DNA of 64,000 nucleotides from an uncultured Gemmataceae bacterium (GCA_963750165.1 CAVVPN010000012.1:416001-480000), one strand, 5' to 3'. Shown: positions 29,743-42,506, counted from the stretch's first letter. Numbers and translations are program-made. The notes: generated from the letters alone by a model not told the origin.

Positions 29743-32106
29743 TTAACGGAACAGGCCCACGTAGAAGCTGAAGACCTGCGTGCGGTCGTTGGGGCCGCGG
29801 ACAATCGGGAAGCCGAAGTCCAGCGCGATCGGCACCGGGCCGAGCATCGGCACGATGACGCGCGCGCCGAAGCCGGCCGAGACGCGGTAGTCGTTGATCG
29901 ACAGCCGATTCTCCACCGTGCCCGAGTCCACGAACGCCACCATGTACAACTGATCGTTCGCCTTGATCGGCACCTGATATTCCAGGCTGTTCAGCCACAT
30001 GAAGTCGCCGCCGATCATGAAGCCATCGACGTTCGGGCTGACACCGCGGAACTGGAAGCCGCGGATGCTGTTGAAACCGCCCGCGAAGAAGCGCTCGAAC
30101 ACCGGTGCGTCGGCCCCCGCCAGCGAGAACTGCGACCGTGCCGCCAGCACATGTTTGCCGCTGCCGTCGGGCCGCTGATACGTCGTGAAGTAGCGCGTCG
30201 CCTCCATGTTGACGATCGGGAAGGTGTAGGTGCCCAGCACCTGCTCCACCGACCCCTCCAGGATACCGCCCTCCGTCGGTCGCAGGATCGAGTTGCGGTC
30301 GTCGCGCGTCACCGTGACGCGCGGCCCGACCAGAATGCTGTTGCCCTGGTAGTTGGTGATCTGCGGCGGCGCGTACGCCGGGATGGCGAAGATGTCCACC
30401 TGCTCAACGCGCAACGAGCCGGTGATGCTCCAGAAGCGGTTGATCTGGTGGCCCAGCGCCAGCCGGGTGCCGATTCGTCGCTCCTCGTATTCGTTGTAAA
30501 TGCGGTCGAAGTAATAGACGCTGGCCATGAAGCTGATCGGCTTGTCGAGCAGCATGGGCTCGCGGAAGCTGACGCTGTAGCGCTGCAACTGGGTGCCCGG
30601 CACCGCCTCGGCCCGGAACTCCTGGCCGCCGCCGCGCCACGCCTTGCCGCTGAACAGGTCCGCCAGGCTCGTCGGCGGCCGGCCGATGTCGAAATTCTTC
30701 TCGTTGAGCACGATGCTGCCGACCAGGCCGGCGTTCGAGTTGACGCCGACGCCGAACATCAAACTGCCCGTCGGCTGCTCCTTGACGAGCACGGTGATCG
30801 GCTTGAAATCGTTGTCGCTCTCGCCCACCTCAATGGTCGGCTTGACGCCCGTCTCCGCGTTCGACTCGAACAGGCCGAGCCGCTTCAACTGGTTCTCGCC
30901 GTCGCGCACCAGCGGGTAGCTCAGTGTCTGACCGGGATAGAGCTGCAGCACGCGCAGAATCACGCGCGCCTTGGTCACCTCGTTGCCCTTGATCTCGATG
31001 GGGCCCACCTTGGCCTGCCCCTGCTCCACCACGTCATAGTGGACGTTGATTAGGCCCGGGTCCAGGTTCGCCGGCTTGAACACCTTCTTTTCGACCGTCA
31101 CCTTGTAGCCGCGCCAGCCGTACAGGTCGGCGATGTTGTGCACGTCGGCCTCGGCGATGAAGTCGTTGTACAGATCGCCCTTCTTCAGCTTCAGAATGCT
31201 GGTGACCTGCTCGCGGGGCAGGAGCTTGGTGCCCTCGACGGTCACGTCCTGCACGCGGTAGCGCACGCCCTCGTGGATGTGGAAGACCACGTCCACGTTC
31301 TTGAGGTCGTCGGTGAACAGCAGCTCGCGCGACACCCGGGCGTCGCGGTAGCCATTGTTCCAGTAATACTCCTGCAGCTTGGCCACGTCACTGTCCAGGA
31401 TGATCGGGTTGAACGGGCCGACGAGCAGCTGGATGCCCAGTAAGGCGCCGCTGGAATCGATCTGCGTGCCCAGGCGGTTGCCCGTGGCCAGGTCGCGGTT
31501 GCCCTCGAAGCTGATGTTGCGCACCTTGACCACGTGGCTCTCGGTGACGTTGAAGACGACACGGCGGTCGCCGGGCTTGCCGCCCTCCTCCAGCTTGACG
31601 GTGGAAAAAATGCGGCCGAGCTTCTTGTAGTGCTCCTGGATGTCGAAGCACGCTTTCTGGTTCAGGGCGGGGTTGAGCGGCAGGCCCTTTTTGATGCTGG
31701 TGATGCCCTCCAGGTCTTCCTGCGACAGGTGGTGGGCGTTCTTGTAAACGACCTCCTGCACCAGGTTGGGGTACTCCTCGACGATGATGTGGAGGACCAG
31801 CCGGCCGTCCTGGGTGGGCTGTTCCATGACGCGGATGGGCCGGACCAGTTTGGAGTTGGCCAGGCGGTTGAAGTCTTCCTGGAGCACGGCGCGGTTGAAC
31901 TCGCGGCCGGCCTGGGTGCGGAGGTGGGCCTTGATCTGGTCGGCCGGCACCGAACGATTGCCGTCGATGAACACCTCGGCCACGATGGGCGAGGTGGGTT
32001 GGGCCTGGCCGAACAGGCCCGTCGGCGCCAGGGCGGCGCACAACAGCAGGGTCAGCAGGCCGCGGCCCCAGGCCGTGGTCGCCGGTGCGCGAGTGGTCTC
32101 CGTCAT
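29743..32106 (-). CDS. bamA: Outer membrane protein assembly factor, BamA/Omp85 family
   Basis: POTRA repeats, ERFFAGGFNSIRGF, GPVPIALDFGFP, C-terminal FSFYVGLFR. Confidence 0.92.
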   Translation of the reverse strand: MTETTRAPATTAWGRGLLTLLLCAALAPTGLFGQAQPTSPIVAEVFIDGNRSVPADQIKAHLRTQAGREFNRAVLQEDFNRLANSKLVRPIRVMEQPTQDGRLVLHIIVEEYPNLVQEVVYKNAHHLSQEDLEGITSIKKGLPLNPALNQKACFDIQEHYKKLGRIFSTVKLEEGGKPGDRRVVFNVTESHVVKVRNISFEGNRDLATGNRLGTQIDSSGALLGIQLLVGPFNPIILDSDVAKLQEYYWNNGYRDARVSRELLFTDDLKNVDVVFHIHEGVRYRVQDVTVEGTKLLPREQVTSILKLKKGDLYNDFIAEADVHNIADLYGWRGYKVTVEKKVFKPANLDPGLINVHYDVVEQGQAKVGPIEIKGNEVTKARVILRVLQLYPGQTLSYPLVRDGENQLKRLGLFESNAETGVKPTIEVGESDNDFKPITVLVKEQPTGSLMFGVGVNSNAGLVGSIVLNEKNFDIGRPPTSLADLFSGKAWRGGGQEFRAEAVPGTQLQRYSVSFREPMLLDKPISFMASVYYFDRIYNEYEERRIGTRLALGHQINRFWSITGSLRVEQVDIFAIPAYAPPQITNYQGNSILVGPRVTVTRDDRNSILRPTEGGILEGSVEQVLGTYTFPIVNMEATRYFTTYQRPDGSGKHVLAARSQFSLAGADAPVFERFFAGGFNSIRGFQFRGVSPNVDGFMIGGDFMWLNSLEYQVPIKANDQLYMVAFVDSGTVENRLSINDYRVSAGFGARVIVPMLGPVPIALDFGFPIVRGPNDRTQVFSFYVGLFR

Positions 32107-32155
32107 TGGTCGGCCCTCGAAGTGCGGGAAGGTCGAGCGCGAATTTGGGAGGCGC

Positions 32156-32184
32156 GGTATAGGCTCCCCTTCCCACCCTGTCAA
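32156..32184 (-). promoter_or_regulatory. Sigma70-like promoter of bamA
   Basis: TTGACA-N17-TATACC. Confidence 0.65.
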
Positions 32185-32276
32185 GAGCAGGTCCACGGCG
32201 AAACTTGAGGAAATCTTTGGGAAAAATCAACACGCGCGGATTGGCTTCGTAGAACCCCCTGGCGAGCGGGACCGCG

Positions 32277-33175
32277 TCAGCGCCCGGCCCGCAGCGGTTG
32301 CACCGGGTCCACCAGGAATTCCACTTCCGGGTCCGTGCGGCGGTACCAGCGCACCTGGCCGTTGTCAGGGTCGAAGAACGCCTCGGCGGCCGGCCGCTGC
32401 GCCTGCTCGTCCTGGCGCTGCCAGTCCGCGATCTGCGCGAACAGGGTCGCCATGTCGTAGACGCCCGGTTCCTTGCCCGAAATCACCCGGTCGCCGCGCT
32501 TGACCAGCTCCCACTCGCCGTCGCGCACGGCTACCAGGTAGCGCTCGGCGTGCCGCGCGTCCGCCTGGCGCAACTGGTACTCCAGCTGGTAGTCGTGCAG
32601 GCTGGCCTTGCGGTTGTCCCAGCGCCGCTGTGCCGCGACCAGTTCCGCGCGCGTCAGCGGGGTGGGTGTCACCGGCTTGACCTCCGTGACGGTGATCTCG
32701 ACGCGGCTGCTGGTACCGGACACGCGGCGGACGAAGTGCAGCAGATGGCCGTCCTGCGGATCGAACAACGCCACCATGAAGGCGCGCCGGCGCCGGGTTT
32801 TTTGTCCTGCGTCAGGTAATCGTCGAGGAAATCGAAGAACGCCGGGACGCCCTGCGTGGCGTACAGGCGCGTCGGCAGCGGTGTCTGCTTGAAGCGCGGT
32901 GCCGTGCTCAGGGTGCCGTAGACGACCCGGCCGTGCCGCACCTTGATGACGTACTCGTCCTCACTTTCGCCGCCCTGGCCCTGGCGCTGGACCTTGTAAA
33001 AGAGGTCGTAGTCCGCCGGGCCGTGCTGCTCCCAAAGCTTGCGGGCGGCGGCGAGCTGCTCCGGCTTGAGTTGCTGGCCCAGGTTGTAGGCGATCAACGT
33101 GACCACCGCGCCCAGCGTCAGTACGCCCACGATGACGAAGAACCAGACCCAGTAACGGTTGCGGCGCACGGCCAT
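32277..33175 (-). CDS. Membrane-anchored protein with a tandemly duplicated domain (DUF6174-like); frameshift near 32790
   Basis: ARKLW..DY..Y..VRHG..LFDPQDG repeated as AQRRW..DY..Y..VRDG..FFDPDNG. Confidence 0.65.
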
Positions 33176-33205
33176 GTTGATATTTCTATCTGTGTTATCT
33201 GGGGA

Positions 33206-34459
33206 TTAAATGGCTATCGCCCGCTGCGTGAACGTCTCGGGCAGCTCTGCCTTGGCGATGACCACGACGCCCTGCTCGGTCACCTGGAAGCCGCGCTGCC
33301 TGTCGTGTTCCAGGTTGTAGCCGATGATCGTGCCCGGCGGCAGTTTCACGTCCTTGTCGATGATCGTCTTGCGAATGCGGCAGTGCCGGCCCACGTCCAC
33401 GCCGTCGAACAGGATCGAGTTCTCCACCACCGCGAAACTGTTGACGCGCACGTTCGGCGACAAAATGCTGCGGCGCACATGGCCGCCGCTGATGATGCAA
33501 CCCTGGCACACCATGCTGTTGTGCGCTTCACCGCGCCGCGCCTCCGGGCCGGGGCCGTCGTCGAAGACGAACTTCGGCGGCGGCAACTGCGGCTGGTGCG
33601 TGCGGATCGGCCACTCGCGGTCGTACAGGTTCAGCACCGGGTCGATGTCGATCAGGTCCATGTTCGCCTGATAGTAGGCGTCGAGCGTGCCCACGTCGCG
33701 CCAGTAGGGCACCGTCTTGCGGTTCTTGTCGCGGAAGCGGAACGCCTGCACCTTCTGCGACGGAATCATCACCGGGATGATGTTCCGGCCGAAGTCGTGG
33801 GCGCTGTCGGCGCGCGTCGCGTCCTGGCAGAGCAATTCGTACATCAGCCGGGCCGTGAACACATAAATCCCCATCGATGCCAAAAAATGCTCCGGGTCGC
33901 CGGGAATCGGCGGCGGTTCCTTGACCTTCTCCTGGAAGTCGGTGACGCGATCCTCGCCATCGACCTGCACCGCGCCGAAGTGGATGCCGTCGCGCAGCGG
34001 CATGGGGATGCAGCCGATGGTCAGGTCGGCCTTGCGCTCGATGTGGTGGCGGATCATGTCGCCGTAGTCCATCTTGTAGATGTGGTCGCCGGCGAGGATC
34101 ACCACGAGGCGGGGGTCGGCCTTTTCGATGGTGTAGATGTTCTGATAAATGGCGTCCGCGGTGCCCTTGTACCAGTGCTCGTCAATGCGCTGCTGCGGCG
34201 GCAGCACTTCCACGTACTCATCCAGCTCGCGCGTCAGGAAGCTCCAGCCGGTGCCGATGTGGCGGTCAAGGCTGCGCGCCTTGTACTGCGTCAGCACGAG
34301 AATCTTGCGCAGGTTGCTGTTCAGGCAGTTCGAGAGCGTGAAATCGATGATGCGGTAGAGGCCGCCGAAGGGCACTGCCGGCTTGGCGCGGTCGCGCGTC
34401 AGTGGCTCCAGGCGCGTGCCCTTGCCGCCGGCTAATATCAAGGTCAAGACATCGTTCAC
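33206..34459 (-). CDS. glgC: Glucose-1-phosphate adenylyltransferase
   Basis: LAGGKGTRLEPLT, RAKPAVPFGG, GTADAIYQN, GDHIYKMDY, ASMGIY, YWRDVGT; GTG start with GGAGGAGG. Confidence 0.97.
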   Translation of the reverse strand: MNDVLTLILAGGKGTRLEPLTRDRAKPAVPFGGLYRIIDFTLSNCLNSNLRKILVLTQYKARSLDRHIGTGWSFLTRELDEYVEVLPPQQRIDEHWYKGTADAIYQNIYTIEKADPRLVVILAGDHIYKMDYGDMIRHHIERKADLTIGCIPMPLRDGIHFGAVQVDGEDRVTDFQEKVKEPPPIPGDPEHFLASMGIYVFTARLMYELLCQDATRADSAHDFGRNIIPVMIPSQKVQAFRFRDKNRKTVPYWRDVGTLDAYYQANMDLIDIDPVLNLYDREWPIRTHQPQLPPPKFVFDDGPGPEARRGEAHNSMVCQGCIISGGHVRRSILSPNVRVNSFAVVENSILFDGVDVGRHCRIRKTIIDKDVKLPPGTIIGYNLEHDRQRGFQVTEQGVVVIAKAELPETFTQRAIAI

Positions 34460-34516
34460 AGGTGCGTTCCTCCTCCCGTCATTGTGTTGACGGGGGCGGC
34501 GCACGCAACCCAATTT

Positions 34517-35608
34517 TCAAGCAACTCGCGCGTACACATCGGCGACGTGGCGGGCCAGTTCCGCCACAGGAAAGTCCCGCAACACCCGCGCCCGACCCGC
34601 CGCGCCCAGCTGCCGCCGAGCGGCCTCGTCGCGCAACAGCCGCTGTGTCTGCCGGGCCAGGCCCACCTTGTCGCCGGGCTCCACCAGACAGCCTGTTTCG
34701 CCGTCCGCGACGACCTCGGCCAACTCCGGCAGCCGCGACGCGACCACCGGCCGCCCCAGGGCCTGCGCTTCCAGCGCCACATGAACGCCCGCCGGCGCCA
34801 GGCTCGGCACCCAGACAACCTCCGCGGCGGCCAGCGGTTCGGCCATGTCCGGCACGGCGCCGGCGAAGTCCACCACGGGCCGCATGTCGATCCGGTCGGT
34901 GAAGTGCTCCAGCGCCGGCCGCTCCGGGCCGTCGCCGACCAGGTGCAGCCGCAGGTCCGGCGCGACGTAATGCAAGATGTCGAACGCCCAGATGGCGTCA
35001 CGGAAGCCCTTGTGCCGCACCATGCGACCAGCGCACACCAGTTGCGGCGGCCTGCTTTTCGCTCCCTCCCCCCTGGTGGGGGAGGGTTGGGGTGGGGGGG
35101 ACGCCAGCGCCTCGACCGCCGGACACACCACCTCGATGGCCTCCGCCGACAGCCCAAAGCGGCGGCAGCGGTCGGCCTCGGCGGCGCCGCCGGTCAGCAA
35201 GCGCCAGGCGTGCCGCAGCAGCCAGCGGTCCAGCAGGCCGGGACGCCAGGCCCCGCGCGGCAGCGGGTCGCTCACGATCAGCCGCGCCGCCGGCCGGCCG
35301 ACCGCCAGGCCCAGCGCTCGTAATGCCGCGGGCCGCCAGACGTGGATCACCGCCGGGGCCAGAGCGCGCACCAGCGCTCGCAGCCGCCACAGCGCCACAG
35401 GGTCGAAGCGGCGGCCCCGGCCCAGCGTGTGGACCGTCACGCCGGCGCGGCGCAATTCCGCCGCCAACGGCGTCGCGCCGCCGAGCGCGGCCACGGTCAC
35501 GTCGAAGGCCGAACGCGGTAGCGCTCGCGCCAGCTGACACGCCTGTCTGGCGGCGCCGCCGTAAGCGAGGTCCGGCACCAATAAAAAGATGTGCATGGCT
35601 TTCCTCAT
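34517..35608 (-). CDS. Glycosyltransferase family 4 (GT-B)
   Basis: GGAARQ, GRMVRHKG, VGDGPER, LEAQALGRPVV; start may be 35596. Confidence 0.9.
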   Translation of the reverse strand: MRKAMHIFLLVPDLAYGGAARQACQLARALPRSAFDVTVAALGGATPLAAELRRAGVTVHTLGRGRRFDPVALWRLRALVRALAPAVIHVWRPAALRALGLAVGRPAARLIVSDPLPRGAWRPGLLDRWLLRHAWRLLTGGAAEADRCRRFGLSAEAIEVVCPAVEALASPPPQPSPTRGEGAKSRPPQLVCAGRMVRHKGFRDAIWAFDILHYVAPDLRLHLVGDGPERPALEHFTDRIDMRPVVDFAGAVPDMAEPLAAAEVVWVPSLAPAGVHVALEAQALGRPVVASRLPELAEVVADGETGCLVEPGDKVGLARQTQRLLRDEAARRQLGAAGRARVLRDFPVAELARHVADVYARVA

Positions 35609-36126
35609 CCGTGAGGCGGCGAATCCAGCACCGCCACGTAGGGCAGGTGCCGGTACTCGTCGTTGTAGTCCAGGCCGTAGCCGACCACGAAGGCGTCGGG
35701 GATCTCGAAACCGCAGTAGTCCGGCTCCAGCGGCACCCGCTGCCGGCCGAGCTTGCGCAGCAGCACCGCCACGCGCACCGACAGCGCCCCCTGATCGCGG
35801 ACGTGCTGCACCACCTGGCCCAGCGTCTGGCCGGTGTCGAGGATGTCGTCGAGCAGCAGCACATGCCGGCCGCGCACGTCCAGCAGCAGGCTCGGCGTGA
35901 TACGCAACTCGCCCGGCGTCGTGGTCTCGCCGCGGTAGCTCGACGCCTGCAACAGACCGATGCGCAGCGGCAGGTCCAGGTGCCGCACCAGGTCTGCCAG
36001 GAACATCAGGCAGCCGGTCAGGACGCCGATAATGGTGACCGGCCGGTCATGGTAGTCGTGGGCCACGGCGGCCGCCACCTCCGCGACGCGCTGCTGCAAT
36101 CGCTCGGCGCTAATCAGGATTTGCAT
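35605..36126 (-). CDS. hpt: Hypoxanthine phosphoribosyltransferase
   Basis: VLLLDDILDTGQTL, FVVGYGLDYNDEYRHLPY. Confidence 0.96.
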   Translation of the reverse strand: MQILISAERLQQRVAEVAAAVAHDYHDRPVTIIGVLTGCLMFLADLVRHLDLPLRIGLLQASSYRGETTTPGELRITPSLLLDVRGRHVLLLDDILDTGQTLGQVVQHVRDQGALSVRVAVLLRKLGRQRVPLEPDYCGFEIPDAFVVGYGLDYNDEYRHLPYVAVLDSPPHG

Positions 36127-36452
36127 CGCTTCATGGTCCTTTCGGCCGCGGAGACGCCGCGGTGGTCGTATTGAACACGAAACCGCGCCGCCGGGAAAGG
36201 CCGACCCGCGCTCCTTGCCGCACCGGCGTCAAGCTGGACAAGCTGGCGCCGGCGCCGCGGTTGGCGAAGTCCGCAAACTCGGACTGATGCGCACGCCCGG
36301 CACGGCCGATAAACAGAGACAGACACATCGCGCCGTCCCGCCAACCGGCGCCTCCATCCAACCAAACTTTCCGGGCCTCGCCGGCGCCGCCGCGTTTGGT
36401 GGGCGTCCGCTGTCGGTCAATACGCGACGTGTGGCAAAAGGAGACCTGTCTC

Positions 36453-38929
36453 ATGGTCTGGTCAAAATGGCAAGCAGCCCTGGCCGTGACGGTGGCCTGG
36501 GCGGGGCTGGCGCACGGCCAGCAGTCCTCGACAGCGCCGGTCGCGCCGCCCATGCCGGCACGGTCCATGACCATCCAGGAAGGTTACGGGCCGCTGCAGG
36601 TCCGCATCCTGCGAACCTGGACAATGCGGGACGGCTCCGAGGTTCATCAGGTGGTGGCGCCCGGCGGCGAGTTCATCACCGTCGTGCTGAGCCCCACCAG
36701 CCCCTCCGGCGGCAAGGGCGGGCCGACGTACATGCAGAAAATTTACCACTGGGGGGCAGGCAAGACCTCCCCCACCGGAGCGCCGCTGCCCCCGGATGGC
36801 AGCCCCGCCGCCCCGGCCACCGCCAGGGCACCGGCCGCCCCCGTCTCCCCCCCGCCGCCAGGGCACCGGCCGCCCCTGCCAACGGCAGCGTGCGCCAGGT
36901 CGTGGGCGCCGGTAACACATTTTACCCGAACGTCGGCGCCCCCAGCGCCCCGCCACCGGCCGCCAGCGCCCCGGCCGCCGCCGGCGCCACGCCCTACGCC
37001 GCTGTCGGCCGGCCCAGCGCCCCGACCGCCGCGGTGCCGGTCACGACCGCGCCCATCTCGAACTCGTACCCGACGATGAACACCCCGGCCGCGCCGGTCA
37101 CGACCGCCCAGGCCGCCTCGCCCGCGCCGCCATCCCAGGCAGCCGTGTTCCGCGCGGGCGACATCCGCACCATCCAGGAAGCGGGCAAGTCGCCGATCAA
37201 GTGTCACATCCTTCGCGTCTGGCGAACGCCCGAAGGGTTGCAGGCGTGTGAGATGCAGTCGCTGGAAACCGGCGAGAAAATGACCATCGTTGAGAGCGGC
37301 CCGGTCACCACGATGCAGGGCACCGGCAACACCCGCAAGCTGGCGATGGCCACGCGCATCTTCCACTGGGACCGCTCCGGCACCCCGCCCACCGACGCGC
37401 CCAGGCCGCCGGCGGTCGTCAACAGCACTCCCGCCGTGGCCGCCAACTGCCCGCAGTGTAACGGCCCGGTCGTCATGGAAGTGGCGCCGCGGCCCACCCT
37501 GGGCCAGCGCATCCAGAACCTGTTCGCCAAGGCGCCGGCGCCCCAGGTGGTGCCACCACCAGTCAACGCCGAGCCGCTGGTGGTCACCCAGGCGCCGCCC
37601 TTTGAAATCCGCGGCACCCCGCTGCCCGATCTGGCCTGCAAGCCGAAAGCGGAGCCGGTCGTTGTCGTCCCACCGCCGGTGCCCCTGGTGGTGCCGCCAG
37701 TCAAGGTTGCGGTGCCGCAGGCCGAACTGCCCGGCAAGCCGAAGGCGGAGCCGGTCGTCGTCGTCACGCCACCGCCGCCCGTGTCGATGGTGAAGACGAA
37801 GCAGGACGACCCGTTGACCCGTCCCGAGTTCTTCATGCCCCGTTCGGTGGAACAGAAGTTGATCCAGCCGAAGCCGCCCATCCCGCCCGTCCCGCCGACA
37901 ACGACCGGCCTGGTCGCGGGCATGGGCGTGCAGGGGTCGCAGCCAACGGAGCCGTCCAGTCTGCCGCTGGGCTCCAAATCGGTCATTGAGGCGTACAACG
38001 GCATGACCAACAAGATCAAGTACCTGCCGGTGCCCGTGGTCACGGTGCCGGAGCCGCACCGTCCGCCGCTGCCGCCCGTGCCGCAGATTCCGCAGGCGCC
38101 GCAGCAGAACGCCTACGTCAATGCCTGGACGCCGCCGCAGGCGTACAACATCGACGGCAGCGTCAAGCAGGCGCCGATGCCGGCCCAACCGCCGATGATG
38201 ACGCCGCCGGGAATGCCCTCCGGTCTGCCGCCGGCGACGGGCCAGATGTACCCGCCCGGCTACGGCCCCAATCCGTACATGATGCCGCCAGGCTACAACC
38301 CGCAGCTGGCCCAGGGCCCGTGGCCGCGCACCTACCAGGGCCCGCTGCCGCCCAACGTGCAGCCGCTGATGCCGATGCCCATGATGCCGGCCGGCTACCC
38401 AGCGCCCGGCATGATGCCGGCCAACCCTGCCATGGACCGGCGGCCGGTCGTGCAAATGTCGGCCCAGCAGTCCGCCACGCAGGACAGCCTGGAGCAGATG
38501 GTGTATGTGCTTAGAACGTCGGTGTACCCATCGCAGCGCGAGTGGGCCGCCAATAACCTGACGCTGTTCGACTGGCGGACGCAGCCGCAGGTGGTGCTGG
38601 CGCTGCTGGAGGCGGCGAAGCAGGACCCGGCCCCGACCGTCCGCGCCAGCTGCGCCTACAACCTGGCGCGGATGCAGGTGAAGGCCGAGCCGGTGGTCCT
38701 GGTGCTGCAACAGCTGAAGTCCGACAGCGACCCGCGCGTGCGCCGCGAGGCGGAGCTGGCGCTGGCGAAGCTGGTCCCCGCCGGCGCCCCGACGCCCGCC
38801 CAGCTGGCGACGCAGTCCGTTGCGCCGGCGCCGGTGCAGCCGGCCCAGGCGGTGCAGCCCGCGCCGACGCCGGCCTACCTGCCGCCGGTGCCAGGCTCGG
38901 CGCTGCCGTCGGTGCCGACCTGGCGGTGA
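36453..38929 (+). CDS. Secreted Pro-rich protein with duplicated N-terminal domain and C-terminal HEAT repeats; frameshift near 36870
   Basis: AAGGAG RBS, signal MVWSKWQAALAVTVAWAGLAHG; DPAPTVRASCAYNL, DSDPRVRREAELAL. Confidence 0.8.
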
Positions 38930-38957
38930 GGCAATCGCCGCTCGTTCAAGTGAACTG

Positions 38958-39248
38958 GAGCGGTTGCCAGTGGCGTGGACCACGAACGGCAGCCTGGCGC
39001 TGGCAGGGCGCCGATTCTCGACGTATGAAAAAGTTGGCGTTCTTGGCGTCCTTGGCGTTCTTGCTGTGGCAACCGTCGCCGTTGGTTGTCGCGCCGTGCC
39101 ACTCCCACGCGGCCAGGGCGCCAACTCTCGACGTGTGAAAAAGTTGGCCCCCTTGGCTCCCTTGGCCCCCTTGCTGTGGCAGAGCAGGCCGCTGGTGGTC
39201 AGCCCGTGCCAGCCACCCCATGCGTGGCAAACCGTGTGTGAACCGCTC
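38958..39248. mobile_element. 291-bp MITE-like element with GAGCGGTT/AACCGCTC termini and two internal sub-repeats
   Basis: Diverged inverted copy at 46365-46656; TG on both flanks. Confidence 0.75.
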
Positions 39249-39388
39249 TGGAAGGCGAGCCGGGAGTTCCCGGCTCGCCTTCCTGTCCGCTTGAACGGGC
39301 GGCTTCGCCCATTTCGACAGTAGTTCCGCGCACCGAACGGGGATATGATGTCGGCGACCTGACCAGGACCGCTGCCCCCGGAGGAGCG

Positions 39389-40596
39389 ATGGCCATCACC
39401 GTCACATGCCCCGCTTGCAACACCAGTCTGCAATGTGGCCCCCAGCACCTGGGCAAACAGGTGGCTTGCCCGTCCTGTAAAACCCGGTTCGCACTACCGC
39501 CGCCCCTACCCGACGCCGGGTCCGCTCCCCAGCGGCTGCCGTCGGCGGTCAGCGCTGGCCGCCTGCCCGCGATCCCAACGGCCGCCGAAGCGGAGTCGCC
39601 GGGCCGGCACTTCGCCCGCCGTATGGGGCTGAACCTGGACGAATGGTACGACCCCGTTGTCGGCAGCGCGGCGGACGCGGACTGGGTGGAGAAACAATGG
39701 CGCGAGGAGTTGCCCGCGGTGCCGTCGGCCTACCAGCCGAGCGGCGCCCTGCCGGCGAGCGCCCTGCTGACGCTGGTCCTCGGGACGGCGGCCGGCGTGC
39801 TGGTCGGGACGCTGGCCGGCCTCGTTGTCGCGGCCGGTGTGGGGGTTGTGGTCGGCCTGCTCGGGCTTCTGGTCGGGTTGATGTTTTTCTGCGGCTACGT
39901 CTTGATAATGGGGATTATCCTGTTCGTTCTCGGCGCCGTCGTCGGGCTCGGCCTGACTTTCGCCGCGGCGGGCTGGGGGGCGGCCATGAGCACCACCCAG
40001 GCCGGCCGCTGGGGCAAGAACCGCAACCAGTCCGCGGCGGTCGTGCTGTCGCAGGGGTCTGCCGGCCTGGCTGTGACCTTGCTCTGGCTGCTGTACCAGG
40101 TGGCCGGCCAGCCCTTTCTCGAAACCCGTGGCTGGGCACCGCCGCAGCTGTTTGGGCTCGACCTGATCCCCGTGGGCGTGGCCCTGCTGGGGGTCGTGGT
40201 CGCTGTGATCGTGGCCGCCAAGGTCGCCGGGAAGCGAGTGCTCGCCGCCAAATTCTGCGAGGACTGCGACCAGTTCATGGACGTGCGCGAGTTGAACACG
40301 CTGAGCCGGGCAGTCCTGCGGGCTGCGGTGCTGGCGCTGGCGCAGGGCGACCTGGAGGCCGCCGCCAGCCTCCTCGACGAACCGCAGGCCAAGGAAGGGA
40401 AGGCGGCCCTGTTCGCCTGCCCGTCCTGCCGCGGGGTTACCTCGAACTCACGGCCCATTTCCGGGCCAAGTGGCGGGACGACAACGGCAATGGCACCCAG
40501 GAGCACGAGGAATCGTGGCTGGTGGCCTCGCTGGAACTGGCCCCGCCGGATGTGGATCGGTTCCGCTCCGGGGCTGGTGGCACGGAACGCGACTGA
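39389..40596 (+). CDS. Zinc-ribbon membrane protein; frameshift near 40435
   Basis: GGAGG RBS, CPAC..CPSC, TM block, second CEDC..CPSC pair. Confidence 0.75.
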
Positions 40597-40600
40597 GCCT

Positions 40601-40778
40601 GAATGATTCACCACAGAGAACGCAGAGCGCGCAGAGAAAAGACAACAGCGGATCCACAGAGGACACAGATGGTACACAGATAAAGACCTTTGAAATGGTC
40701 TTTAATCTGTGTTCCATCTGTGTTCTCTGTGGATCGACTCCTCGGTCTTCTCTCCGCGGTCTCCGTGGTGAATCATCC
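40601..40778. repeat. Nested long inverted repeat between convergent genes
   Basis: Outer ATTCACCACAGAGA/TCTCCGTGGTGAAT, inner CCACAGAGGACACAGATGG/CCATCTGTGTTCTCTGTGG, core AAAGACC/GGTCTTT. Confidence 0.85.
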
Positions 40779-40781
40779 GGG

Positions 40782-42440
<1,659 letters not shown>

Positions 42441-42506
42441 TCAACACCCCTGTTATCGTCCGCCGCCCGGCCGCACTTGAGCACGGGCTTTTGGAAAACC
42501 AGGGAA

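Noticed and set aside
38958..39248. Sub-repeats of the 291-bp element as a mini-CRISPR, or the KKLAPLAPLAPLL ORF as a gene
   Set aside because: Only two units, intervening sequence shared between copies, no cas, and no consistent start or RBS
36743..39448. Long antisense and alternative-frame ORFs (this one, 15207-17147, 40470-42215 and others)
   Set aside because: Shadow ORFs expected from high-GC codon bias opposite well-supported genes
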